From Giardia intestinalis (taxonomy: Eukaryota), in assembly GCA_000002435.2 (NCBI GenBank), contig CM018792.1: a DNA stretch of 64,000 nucleotides; one strand, given 5' to 3'. The first letter of the stretch is position 1; each line of letters opens with the position of its first letter. The notes below the pieces were generated by a model that was not told the DNA's origin, searched no databases, and worked only from the letters and a program-made list of their open reading frames with translations. Shown in pieces: positions 30,394 to 40,957 of this stretch. The position numbers and the translations under genes were made by a program.

Positions 30394-31617
30394 TCACTTG
30401 GAGGGGCGAATGATCTCGACGTTGATGCGAGAACTCAGCATGTCGAAGACGTCTTCAATACTGTCTGAAATATATGGAGGCATGCTGGCGGCCTCCTCCT
30501 TGCACTGCTTCAGTAGGGCACTTGCTTCATGGATATAGATACTCTTCAAGTCCAGTGCATCAAACAGCTTTTGTATGCTCTCCTTCTCTGACGCTCGCTT
30601 ACCATAGATGGTCAGTATGGTCTGCGGCGAGACACCCTTGCCACGGGCCTCCTCTGACGCTGATAGTTCAAGGGCACGCACGAGTGGCCAAGTGGCCTTG
30701 TTCTCCAGGTAGTCAGATGACTCCTTGTGAAGGATCTCTGGGGCGTAGAAATCCAAGAAGTCATCCTGCATCTGATAGAGCCTTCCCAGGTCCATACTTA
30801 TCTTGTGGATCTGTTGCTCTATGTCTGTATCCAGACGCTGCTGTAAGTTGAGTATGGAGTCGACCTTTTGCATGGTGTATCCCTTTTCAGAAGCTGCAGT
30901 AGTCCCAATGGCCATGTTACCAAAGAGAACGCCAGATCTATATCCCATTATCAGTGGCAAATAGAAGGTATAATAGGCTGTCTTTAAAATGTATGTATCG
31001 TTAAGATGACCCATCGTATGCCTTTGAGAATAGGTCTTGGTGAAGGTGTCTAGGTGCTGTCCAAGGGTCGTGTTTGCCTTTGCTTGGTGGTACACCTCAA
31101 AGATCTTAAGGGTCTTCCCACACTTGTCCTCTAGATAAAGAACTAGAGAGTCTGCTATCTGCCAGAGTATCAGGCCGTCGTTCACAGCCTGCTCATCGCC
31201 AACTACCGCGCGCCACGACGGCTTGCCGCGACGAATTGTGCTGTGGTCGATCACGTCGTCAATCATCAGGAAAGCACCCTGGAGAATTTCTTGAACAAGG
31301 CAGATATCGATTGCCAAGTTGAAAAGCTCCTCCGAAAAGTTTGAGTCTTCTAAGAGGCCTGAAAACAAGAACCGTACAGTCTGAAGGAATATGTCCGCCG
31401 CCAGAGTCCCTCGAGTCATCTTCCCTCCTACAACGTTGTACTTAATTACCTCTACAATGTGGTCACGGAGAAGGCCAGTGGAGAAAAGGTTGGGGAGGTA
31501 AACTGGGATGAACGTCTCTAGAAAGCTGTCCACCTTCTCAGTTGCGAAGTCCTTGATGCACTTCTGGCGCTTGTGTGCGTCGAGCTTGACATAATTCGAG
31601 ACGGTGTACGAGGCCAT
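30394..31617 (-). CDS. Farnesyl-diphosphate synthase / short-chain trans-prenyltransferase
   Basis: The first Asp-rich motif is LVQEILQGAFLMIDDVIDHSTIRRGKPSW (DDxxD, FARM). The second is GRLYQMQDDFLDFY (SARM). The length is typical at 407 aa. Confidence 0.85.
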   Translation of the reverse strand: MASYTVSNYVKLDAHKRQKCIKDFATEKVDSFLETFIPVYLPNLFSTGLLRDHIVEVIKYNVVGGKMTRGTLAADIFLQTVRFLFSGLLEDSNFSEELFNLAIDICLVQEILQGAFLMIDDVIDHSTIRRGKPSWRAVVGDEQAVNDGLILWQIADSLVLYLEDKCGKTLKIFEVYHQAKANTTLGQHLDTFTKTYSQRHTMGHLNDTYILKTAYYTFYLPLIMGYRSGVLFGNMAIGTTAASEKGYTMQKVDSILNLQQRLDTDIEQQIHKISMDLGRLYQMQDDFLDFYAPEILHKESSDYLENKATWPLVRALELSASEEARGKGVSPQTILTIYGKRASEKESIQKLFDALDLKSIYIHEASALLKQCKEEAASMPPYISDSIEDVFDMLSSRINVEIIRPSK

Positions 31618-31743
31618 TAAATTTAAGCATATCTACACCCAAAAAGTATTAGTGTTCCATTCTTTAACGTGTTTAATGAAGACATATACTTAAATTCACT
31701 AAAATATGGCAATGAGCGCCTTTACATTATGCAAAGTCAGTAA

Positions 31744-34700
31744 ATGAATGGCGCGAGTGTTATGCGCAGGCTCATGGTCGTAGCCTCAGTGCGACACGTC
31801 GGCGAGTCTACGCGAATACCGTTAGCCCAGACGACACTTATCCATGCGATAGTCGTTGGCATGCAAGGAGTCATGATCAAAAGTCTCACGTTCGATTGTA
31901 ACTTCACCAAACGTGCCTTACCCTACTTCTCCGTTCTTCCAGGAGAGTACTTAGTTGATCACGTGATTCCATACAATGAAGTTGTCCCTGGATCTGAGAG
32001 CGTACTGCAGATAGACTTAGCTTACCCTGAAGATTACCCCGGTGACATAGAAGAAAGTAACTATGTTCTGGTCTATGGAATAAGCTTCGATCTACACAAC
32101 CTTTCGCCTCTAGGAAAGTTTCTACCTGAGGTTGTCTCACTGTTGTTTTATTATGGAGCAGAGTCCGCAAGAGCATCACACAGGTTCGAACACCCCTTGC
32201 TGTTCACTCTTTATTCTGCTGGATATGCAGCGTATCACGGGAGAAAGTACCTAATGGCGGACTCGTACTTTCAGCGTTTAGCGGAGAGCATCGGGAGCAC
32301 TCTCTTGACACAGCAGCAGCAAGGGCAAGGGCAAGATAAGCAGCGGCTAGATATCACCACGGTTCGTGTCCTGGCATCTCTGTCCGTGACTAGATTGATA
32401 GCAGTCGTTGGCTTAAATAAGCACGAGAAGGCATATGACGCAGCAGTCCGTTTCTATGCTACTCTGCGGTGGTTCTTCTTGACTCTTCTTAGCTGGTATT
32501 CACAGACTATTGGCACTAGTAGGGTATCAGAGACGCGCGCGAAACTCTTCACTGAGCATTATACTCACCTTGCGGAAACGCTTCATTCAGTACCTATTCA
32601 AGCGCGCCCCCTTGTCTCTCTGGAGACGTGCTTCTTACCTTGCATATACGACCTGCTCTTTCTTCTTATTCTCGATACTGCGGAAGATCTTACTTCTGCT
32701 CAGCTCTTGGAGCTTATTAGTTCCTACTCGCCAAACTCGTCTACGGCCCTCTCTATGCTCTGCGCAAGCACTAAGCAGCTTATTGGTCTCTCTCGTTCTC
32801 GGACAATCTTTGACACAGCTGAGAAGACCTCTGCTGTTACATATCTGTTAGACCTTGTCCTGCGATCCAGCATGTTGTCTCTGCAACCTGAGATACTTAA
32901 GTTACTCGTTACACCCTTTGTCCTCCAGCTAACCTCTTTCTCAACAGAGCACCATGCCTTAACTGGTCAGGCTCTTATGGTACTGCAAACTGTTCGGGAT
33001 AGATTATTGTGTCTTTCGCCGACGTCACTCTTCAGGTTTACCGTTGACTTGTTTGGACTATTCGATCCAGCAGTTCTTCTGCAAATCACTGATTCCGAAG
33101 AGGGGCAGTTCTTGCATACGTTAATTATTGATATTCTAAATGTGCTTGGCACCGCACGGTTGGCTATAGATTTCCATTCATTTTTTCCCTTATCACAGCA
33201 ACCCGATGGTCACAGTCCTGGAAATAATAAGACCTACTGGGACCTTGAGCGCTATATTAAGTCTCTCTCTTATCTGTTCGAGGTAACGATAACACTAGTT
33301 CGTCAAATAAGACATACATACATTTATTTTCACACAATTAATAGAAAATATAATAAATTGTTGGGAGAAAATAAGGACAATCCAAGTCAAGCACAACAGA
33401 CAGAAGCACTAGCGTCACTGAAGGAAAAGTACCACCTTTCGTCTAAGGAAATTGAGACTCTGTTAGCCTTCCGGAACGATTCTCTTTCTCCGCTCCAAAA
33501 CCAGCTAGATTTGACTATAAAGCTAAATATTCTTCTTGGGAACACCTTTGGTACCATCCTTCTGTGTTCTCAGCATCAGAGAATTGTGCCCTGTAGTGAG
33601 CTGGTGTCCTCCCTTAACTCATATTTCTATAAGTGTTCAGCGTGTATAGGGCTAGTCCTGTGTAACTTGGATGAAATTCCTATTCGTGGAGTCCCGGCCA
33701 GGGAGCAGGCAGTGTATGCAAAGGCATCACTAGTAAAGGAGCCACATGATGTACATGACATTGCTGTTCTGGCACCACTTCTGATCGATTTCAAGCTGTC
33801 GGAGCTCGTTGAGTCTAAGATGCTTGTGTATAAGCCATTATCCACAGACATCTTTAAGTATCCCAATCTTTCCAATGCAATCCTACATGTGTTGGGCAAT
33901 TTCTTTGCTGGGTTCGGATTTTGTGTCTCCGTGGCCGCGAATCGTCCTTTTGGCGACAACCCACACACACATGATGCATCCAAAATGATGGTTACAACTC
34001 CCACAGCTAGATGTGGTACTAAGCTCAACACCAAGGTTTATAGCTCTCCTTTATCAAGCTCTGCTACCTCACCATGTCAACAAGAGTATGGCCGCGGGAA
34101 GATGCCGCCCCAGCTGGCCCCAGAAGCTGCCACGGTGAATTGCTCTACAAGCTCTAGTACATCCACTGAGCAAGAGCCTTACAATGCATATCTTTCCCTC
34201 ATACAATATTATTACTTGGAATCCTCGCCTGATCTACCATTCCTTAAGCCCATTACTATCTTTCTCAATACACTTTTTGCATCTGGCATCATACTGGGAA
34301 ATCGGATCGCTCACAGGAATAAGGAGGAGCGTGTTTATCATTGCTCGTTAAGTATCTCTGATTTGGGGCTAGAAAAGCTAACGTCTACTGAGCTATATTC
34401 GTTTGCAGAAAATATTTGGTACTTTGTTCGATATTACAGCAATTCACTCTTTCAATGCACTACCTACTCCGATCTACTTTTTGGAGCTTATATGCTGGAA
34501 TTCATACGCTTTTCTCGCTTCAACTCTTTGAACGAGGTTCTCCTGTGCCAATTTATTAACTATTCCCAGCTATATTGGTCGGATAGCCTCGCGTCAGCAG
34601 AGCCCCTTGTTGTCAAATCCCTTGAGCCATGCTTTCCAACGTTCATCCTTCTGGATCTACCGTCTGCTCGAGAAGTGTTCGAACCACATAAGTCCGTCCA

Positions 34701-36804
34701 GTTATCGGTGCAAAAGGTGCTCAGCTGGTTTCAGACCATTGGCTTTGGCGCGTCCAAGTTCTACCTCCTGACTGAGCTTTTATATCTTTCCATGCAACAG
34801 CTTCTCCGACACAGCAAGTACCAGATGTTTCCAGAGTGCTATGGACTCATTGGGAAAATGCTGCATCTTGTTGAGGCCTTGTTGGACAGGCTTTATGAGC
34901 TAGACTCTAACACTGTCGAAGCATACACATATACAAAGCACTACGTGGAGATTCTGTACCGCCTCACGACTAAGGTAGCAGTACATTTGTCCACTCACCT
35001 TATACCATCTACTCATTTCTATAGGGAAGCTGCAAGAGACGCGGCATCGCTTCTAATTTCAACTCGTTGTCTTAAGTACTACAACGACACATTATTTCTT
35101 CTCACCACTAATCAGTCGAAGTCAAGTGCAGTGACGAGTTCAGATTTTTATTTATCTATCGCATTTATCGCGAATATCTTGGAATTAGTTTTATTATGTA
35201 ACTTGTCTGATGATGCAACAAAGTCGCGCGCAGTTAATTGTCAGCTTTTGAAACTAGTGATGCTTTCATGGAAGTATCTAAAACGTAACGCTTTTCTTAA
35301 CAGCACAAACATCTGCTCATTTGCACGCGTTTGCGCACTCCTTACTCTGTTTGAGCTAATCATCTTCCCGTCCTGCAAGGACCTTGCAGCACTGGATACA
35401 TCTTTCTCCATATTCACTGAGCTGCATGAGCACATCACGTTTCCCTTGTTCTTCTTAGCTTATGCCAAAGAACTAGTTGGAAAGTACTCGTTACTTCTCA
35501 GTGAGTGGTTTACTAAATGGCCGGATACGAATGTAGCAATTTCTGAGGTTAAGCTCACAAAGCTTTTAAGCATCTATACCGTTGCTGTTAAATCCACGGG
35601 GTGCGCACGGATACACTTGTACGCATCAGCGTTCGTCCGGAAGCTGTTGTCAACGGCGCACGTATGCAAGTTGTTGTCGCATAGAGAACAACAAGAACTC
35701 CAGACATTCTGCGCCACCATAGAGGTACATGCATGCTATTGGGACGCTGGAGCACTGGATTATGAGAGTCAATCGGCGACCGCGTTGCTCACTGAATTGG
35801 AAACCCCCATTAATAAGAAGCCAGAATATTCTGTGCAACTGGACGATGTTCGGTTGTCTGCAGAGCTGCTTTCTATCCCTACTCCAAAGAACCTCTCCGA
35901 TATATCGATTATCCCTCTCATTTCAAATGGATTTCTTCAGGAGATGCGGCCGCGACATATACCACAGACTGAGCTACCCCACTACTCTTCTATCGCAGAC
36001 CTAAAGCTTTCTGTAGCCACCCAGTATGCTATCGTGTTCAGTTTCACAGTTCCATTTGCAGGTACAAAGGAGGCCAACATGCTATCGGACCTTTTCACTT
36101 CTGTAGATGCTGACAAGAACAATCCCGATACATTTATGGACAAGATTGATGGGCTAATGGAAGGCACGCTCAACAAGAAGGTCAAGCTTCTGATGGGCCA
36201 TGATATGCCCACATACAATATCACGACGTCCTTGGGAGAACAGGTCGAGAGACGATATAACGTGATCTACTCTAAGAGGCTCTTGGAGCTAGTGTCTAAT
36301 GAGTTTTATTCTCTCGCTGACTGTGACACAAGCGACAATGCGATTGCACCGTCTACCCCTTCTTCTAAGGCACCTGTGATCAAAACCAACGAGCTAACTC
36401 GGCGGTACATGAACAAAGAAGAGCGAAATCGCCGTGCACAGTACCTTCTACAAAACGCACTTGATGAATTTGCGGATGAAAACTTATTGACAGCTCGCTG
36501 CGAGCCCCTGCAGGAAGAAGACCTATCCTCAGCAGTAATTACAAAGCCCGACCGTATTGCCGATGATCTAAGTGGTAAACTTATTCGTATCTCTACGGAT
36601 TCCGATGATCACGATGATCAAGTCCAAGGTAACCTTGAAGCTGCCATCTGTGCGCATGTCCATGAAGACCATGGGAGTGCAAAGGAATGCCCTGCAACAG
36701 AGTTTAGCGGGGATGATAACGAGTATGTTGACTTTGATGTAGATGACGACACAATTGAGGGCCAGTTGCCCGATTCTATCGTAACAGCTCTTCGCCAATC
36801 ATAA
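31744..36804 (+). CDS. Hypothetical very large protein, 1686 aa
   Basis: Uninterrupted 5 kb ORF. It is Leu-rich with an acidic C-terminus. No recognisable domain. Confidence 0.6.
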   Translation: MNGASVMRRLMVVASVRHVGESTRIPLAQTTLIHAIVVGMQGVMIKSLTFDCNFTKRALPYFSVLPGEYLVDHVIPYNEVVPGSESVLQIDLAYPEDYPGDIEESNYVLVYGISFDLHNLSPLGKFLPEVVSLLFYYGAESARASHRFEHPLLFTLYSAGYAAYHGRKYLMADSYFQRLAESIGSTLLTQQQQGQGQDKQRLDITTVRVLASLSVTRLIAVVGLNKHEKAYDAAVRFYATLRWFFLTLLSWYSQTIGTSRVSETRAKLFTEHYTHLAETLHSVPIQARPLVSLETCFLPCIYDLLFLLILDTAEDLTSAQLLELISSYSPNSSTALSMLCASTKQLIGLSRSRTIFDTAEKTSAVTYLLDLVLRSSMLSLQPEILKLLVTPFVLQLTSFSTEHHALTGQALMVLQTVRDRLLCLSPTSLFRFTVDLFGLFDPAVLLQITDSEEGQFLHTLIIDILNVLGTARLAIDFHSFFPLSQQPDGHSPGNNKTYWDLERYIKSLSYLFEVTITLVRQIRHTYIYFHTINRKYNKLLGENKDNPSQAQQTEALASLKEKYHLSSKEIETLLAFRNDSLSPLQNQLDLTIKLNILLGNTFGTILLCSQHQRIVPCSELVSSLNSYFYKCSACIGLVLCNLDEIPIRGVPAREQAVYAKASLVKEPHDVHDIAVLAPLLIDFKLSELVESKMLVYKPLSTDIFKYPNLSNAILHVLGNFFAGFGFCVSVAANRPFGDNPHTHDASKMMVTTPTARCGTKLNTKVYSSPLSSSATSPCQQEYGRGKMPPQLAPEAATVNCSTSSSTSTEQEPYNAYLSLIQYYYLESSPDLPFLKPITIFLNTLFASGIILGNRIAHRNKEERVYHCSLSISDLGLEKLTSTELYSFAENIWYFVRYYSNSLFQCTTYSDLLFGAYMLEFIRFSRFNSLNEVLLCQFINYSQLYWSDSLASAEPLVVKSLEPCFPTFILLDLPSAREVFEPHKSVQLSVQKVLSWFQTIGFGASKFYLLTELLYLSMQQLLRHSKYQMFPECYGLIGKMLHLVEALLDRLYELDSNTVEAYTYTKHYVEILYRLTTKVAVHLSTHLIPSTHFYREAARDAASLLISTRCLKYYNDTLFLLTTNQSKSSAVTSSDFYLSIAFIANILELVLLCNLSDDATKSRAVNCQLLKLVMLSWKYLKRNAFLNSTNICSFARVCALLTLFELIIFPSCKDLAALDTSFSIFTELHEHITFPLFFLAYAKELVGKYSLLLSEWFTKWPDTNVAISEVKLTKLLSIYTVAVKSTGCARIHLYASAFVRKLLSTAHVCKLLSHREQQELQTFCATIEVHACYWDAGALDYESQSATALLTELETPINKKPEYSVQLDDVRLSAELLSIPTPKNLSDISIIPLISNGFLQEMRPRHIPQTELPHYSSIADLKLSVATQYAIVFSFTVPFAGTKEANMLSDLFTSVDADKNNPDTFMDKIDGLMEGTLNKKVKLLMGHDMPTYNITTSLGEQVERRYNVIYSKRLLELVSNEFYSLADCDTSDNAIAPSTPSSKAPVIKTNELTRRYMNKEERNRRAQYLLQNALDEFADENLLTARCEPLQEEDLSSAVITKPDRIADDLSGKLIRISTDSDDHDDQVQGNLEAAICAHVHEDHGSAKECPATEFSGDDNEYVDFDVDDDTIEGQLPDSIVTALRQS

Positions 36805-36895
36805 TATTTGTACTAGTAATTGTTAAAAAATAAACTTTCTAGATTGTAAACTTTATTTTACGTTTTTATTAAATCTAAAAAAGTATGTTGGGGGC

Positions 36896-38478
36896 TTGAT
36901 GGCCGCCATGTTCCCCTTTGGCCTCTATGAAAGCGAGTCGCTTCTTGGTCAGCTTCTTGGTCACAGGGTTGCAGGAGTAACACTCAAGGCATGTAGGATA
37001 AGTGAAACTCCGGAGCTTGCCGTGAAAGTGGCTTCTCTCGCAAACGTGGCAAATGACGCTAAAATCAATCTGATCAAGGACCTGCGTTCTCTTAAGGGAA
37101 TTACACACAAGAATATCTTGGTATATACAAGTATCTACGTGACCAGTCGCTCAATCTTCATCGAAGTGGAACTCATGAAGGGAAAGTCTCTAAGTGACCA
37201 CCTTCTGGCCCACAGACGTCATGGCAATATTCCTGAATTGCTAGTGAGAGATATACTTCATCAGCTATCCAAGAGGCCTGATTATTTGCACAGAAGTTGC
37301 AGTAGGCAGATTGTACATGGTAATTTGATTCCCGAAGATATATTCTACGACAACGGCGCAATGCTCATCGCATCCTATGGACTACTTCTACCAACCAACA
37401 CTTTTATCCACAACTCCGCAGCGGTCATCAAGGTCTTGCCAGTTCGTGCTTAATGCACAGGTTAGACAACAGCACCAGATCGAGTACACCGCTGTGTGGA
37501 CTGTCAAACCTTATTCTCTGGATGACCAATCTTAGTCTATCGGAGAGCATATCATCAAGTGACCTAGATATCCCCTGGCAAGCAGCGTATTCACATGATC
37601 TACTCAGTCTTACTAAGCATATTGAAGGGCTATCTATTGCAGAAGCGTCATTCTCTCTTATAGAGTGTTTGACAATGATCAGAAATGTAGCATTGGGGCA
37701 CACACAATTATTCCATCAATCCATTTACCCTTGGAACACCGAAGCAGCTCCTGACATCTATTGACAATGACAATCAGGAAGAGATAGAAAAGTACATTGC
37801 ACGCCTCAATTCGTGTCCACCGAGCGCTTTAGTAAGTGCCATCAACAAACGAAGGACAACCTCTGCAGCTACCATGTGTAGAAAAATAGCAAGAAGGGGT
37901 CTTTCCATGTGCAATCCCATATGCTCAGGAATAGATGTGCACGAACCAACACCACTGATGAAGGAGATTTGGTAGAGTAATAGCTGTGAACCCATCCTAA
38001 TTAAAGAGCACATGACGGCACGCTGCAATGGCATAACCGCTCTACTGATTAGCGCCTACAAAGGATGCCATACATGTTTGATCCATCTTGCCTCGGAAAT
38101 GGGTATACAGAGCTGGTCTGAGACAAGAGCTCTGATGTTTGCTGTTAACAGTGGTCATGAGAAGTGTGCAAGGCTACTGCTGCCAGAGATGGGAATTCAG
38201 CGACACGATGGGATGACCACCCTGATGCTTGCAGCAGAACTAGGGAACGTGAACTGTGTTAAAATGTTGATAGATTGTGAAAAGGAGATGCAGACGAAAC
38301 AAAAGTGAACTGCCTTGCACTATGCAGTCGACAACAACCATGTGGAATGTGTTAAGCTGTTACTATTTGCTGAAGAGGACGTCCCTAACGCCAAAGGCCA
38401 GAGGTGTTTGGCCATAGCAAAGATGAAATATTTTCGCGAGTACGTTCAGCTGCTCTCTCAAGAGCTAAGCAGGCCTTA
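36896..38478 (+). pseudogene. Fragmented NEK-like pseudokinase plus ankyrin-repeat gene, probably a pseudogene
   Basis: 36896..37453 encodes a degenerate kinase N-lobe and catalytic region (LAVKV; QIVHGNLIPEDIF in place of HRDLKPxN; SYG in place of DFG). It stops at 37451, and no in-frame continuation exists through 37454..38011. Ankyrin repeats resume in the same frame at 38012 (GITALLISAYKGCHTCLIHL...GMTTLMLAAELGNVNCVKMLI). An in-frame TGA interrupts them at 38306. The frame continues as TALHYAVDNNHVECVKLLL... to 38478. Confidence 0.5.
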
Positions 38479-38534
38479 ACATGCCTAACTCGGGCGAATT
38501 CACTCTAGAGCGCGGAATCAAAAAATAATGTAAA

Positions 38535-40928
38535 GTGCGCCTTTTTTACCGACCAAACAAAAACCCTATGCCTCTGGTGGACAAAAAGGATTGGTTTCAG
38601 GCCATTGCGAACAAGAACCATTCGGCGATAAGGACTGCCATCCCTCGATTTGCGGGGAGCACGAATGGAGCAGGCGATACGGGGCTCATAATGGCTGCGC
38701 GCCTCAACGATGTGGAACTTGCGCACCTCCTTGCCAAGCAGGAGGCGACCCTCACTAACCCTGATAATCTCACTGCCCTTATGATTGCCGCTCAGTCGGA
38801 CCATCCGCGCGTGGTTGAGGTTCTTGCTCCCCTGGAGTACTCCATTTTTCTTCCCAACGGCCGCACAGCCCTTTCGCTTGCTGCGGAGGCAGGCCACGAC
38901 GAGTGCGTGATGATTTTGGCCAAGTATCTATCCACAGAGCGTGACTGCGACAGCCTCAGCGCCCTTGACTATGCTGTCAAGAACGACAACCTTAATTGCA
39001 TAAAGGTCATGCTGAACACACACAAGTTCACGATAGATGACATCACGCACACCCTCAGGTACGCGCACGAGAAGGACGCCGTGGACACAGTTAGGGTCCT
39101 TGAGGCCGAGGCTGAGCGAATCGCCAACCTTTGCTATGCCCAAGCAACGGCAACACAATCATCGGTGACACCTATCGAGCAGAAATCGCCGGGCTCTATG
39201 CTCGGCTCCCGCGTCGGCGGCCCGCGGTCTACCCAAAGCATGAACGGCACCAGCTCCATGCGCTCTGTCGGCATGACCGAGTCGATGCGCTCGGGCGGCC
39301 GTATTGTTACAAGGTTCGCTGACCTTGCAACGTACGAGAAGGAGCTCGACATGGCACTCACCAAGCTCGACAAATACGAGGTCGACCGTACGGTCCTCAA
39401 GACGGAGAACACGAGGCTCTTCGAAGAGAACACGGAGCTCAAGAAGAGGATCAAGATACAGCAGGACCAGCTCGATCAGATCCGTGTGCTTGTGCAGTGC
39501 AAGTCTCAGGACGCCGAGGAGATCGCCACGATCTGCAGGCACTTTATCAACGATTTGCAGGCCGAGAAGGCGAAACGCTCCAGGGAGTATGAGGAGCTCA
39601 AGCAAGATGTCGCCATCCTCAAGGCGAAGAATCAGGCCTTCAAGGTTGACTTGAACACTCTCATGAGCACGAAAATCGAGCACGAGAAGGCCGCCCAGTA
39701 TCTTAAGCAGAACATTGTCAGCAAAGACGAGGTCCTTAATGCGCTTCAGGACCAGAATCGTGAGGTCATTGAGCAGGCCAAGATGCTTGAGCACAAGTCC
39801 CAAGACCTTGCGATAGAGATTGCTAAGCTTTCAGACAACGTCGCTAGGCACAAGAACGAAGCTATAGGCCTCCGTTCCGTCATCGAGCTCAAGGATAAGG
39901 AGATCGAGGATGTGAAGGCGCAGGTTGAGGAGATTAATGAAGTTGTAAGCACATACAGACAGCGTGCTCTCGCCGTTGAAGACGAGAAGAACGAGATTCT
40001 TAATGAGGTTGCAAGGCGCAAGGCTGCCTATAATGCCCTTGAAAGCAAGAAGGAGGAGCTTGAAAACCAGGTCATAGGACTCGCAGACGAGCTTACCAAG
40101 TCTTCTGTTGCGCTCCAGGCGCTTCAAAATGGCATTTCCAACCTGGAGGATCCATTTTCCATCGCTGCCACCGGGGACTTCATTAACTATGCAGATGACG
40201 ACGATACGAGTATTGCGAGGAAGGTCCTTACGGGTGACAAGGGGGCCATGCTCCGCCACATTGCCGAGAACGAGATAGCCGCTTATGGGAAGGCGAACGA
40301 GGAATCGATCAGAAAGGCGAGTGAGTATGTCTCCAAGAGCGAACTGGAGTGGCTGACGGAGCCCGTGATGCAGCAGATTAAGCAAGCGATTCTCAAGGGA
40401 GATTACGACACCGCCAGTCAGCTGACAAACAAAGTACCGCTGGACTTCACAAACCTCCGTAACGAAACAGGCCCGAAGACGTATTTGATGAGCGCAGCCG
40501 AGCACGGTGAGCTCCTTAAGGTTTGGTTCTATCGTCCCTACCAAGCCGGAAAGCAGGACCACCACGGGAAGACGGCCCTTATGTACGCGGCCGAGAATGG
40601 CCACTCTGAATGTGTCAGGCTCCTTCTCGACCGCGAGGCCGGCATGACCCTCGAGAACGGATGGACGGCATTGATGTCTGCAGTCCTCAACAATCACACG
40701 GAGTGTGTGAAGATCCTGGAAACGAAGGAGGGCGGTCTTTCCACGAACGAGCTCCATGAAGAGGGGGCTGGCTTCACTGCCCTCATGCTCGCTGCCAAGC
40801 TGGGCCATACTGAGTGTGCGCACTTCCTGCTGAACAAGGAGGCGCCCATCAAGCACTCCACCGGGCGCAGGGCCATCTTCTATGCCAAGAGCGCAGAGAT
40901 TAAGAACCTCCTCTCCCTTTTCAACTGA
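38535..40928 (+). CDS. Ankyrin-repeat / coiled-coil protein (Giardia 'protein 21.1' type), 797 aa
   Basis: N-terminal ANK repeats are present (TGLIMAARLNDVELAHLL; LTALMIAAQSDHPRVVEVL; RTALSLAAEAGHDECVMIL). A central ~300 aa coiled coil follows. C-terminal ANK repeats are also present (GKTALMYAAENGHSECVRLLL; GWTALMSAVLNNHTECVKIL; FTALMLAAKLGHTECAHFLL). Confidence 0.8.
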   Translation: MRLFYRPNKNPMPLVDKKDWFQAIANKNHSAIRTAIPRFAGSTNGAGDTGLIMAARLNDVELAHLLAKQEATLTNPDNLTALMIAAQSDHPRVVEVLAPLEYSIFLPNGRTALSLAAEAGHDECVMILAKYLSTERDCDSLSALDYAVKNDNLNCIKVMLNTHKFTIDDITHTLRYAHEKDAVDTVRVLEAEAERIANLCYAQATATQSSVTPIEQKSPGSMLGSRVGGPRSTQSMNGTSSMRSVGMTESMRSGGRIVTRFADLATYEKELDMALTKLDKYEVDRTVLKTENTRLFEENTELKKRIKIQQDQLDQIRVLVQCKSQDAEEIATICRHFINDLQAEKAKRSREYEELKQDVAILKAKNQAFKVDLNTLMSTKIEHEKAAQYLKQNIVSKDEVLNALQDQNREVIEQAKMLEHKSQDLAIEIAKLSDNVARHKNEAIGLRSVIELKDKEIEDVKAQVEEINEVVSTYRQRALAVEDEKNEILNEVARRKAAYNALESKKEELENQVIGLADELTKSSVALQALQNGISNLEDPFSIAATGDFINYADDDDTSIARKVLTGDKGAMLRHIAENEIAAYGKANEESIRKASEYVSKSELEWLTEPVMQQIKQAILKGDYDTASQLTNKVPLDFTNLRNETGPKTYLMSAAEHGELLKVWFYRPYQAGKQDHHGKTALMYAAENGHSECVRLLLDREAGMTLENGWTALMSAVLNNHTECVKILETKEGGLSTNELHEEGAGFTALMLAAKLGHTECAHFLLNKEAPIKHSTGRRAIFYAKSAEIKNLLSLFN

Positions 40929-40957
40929 TTGCCTGAGTAAATCTGTCCATTCACTGG

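Noticed and set aside
37440-37460. Possible intron or programmed frameshift joining the kinase fragment to the downstream ORF
   Set aside because: There is no Giardia splice-site consensus (GTATGT / ACTAACACACAG). The downstream 37453..37764 ORF is not convincingly a kinase C-lobe. Pseudogenisation or a sequencing error is the simpler explanation.
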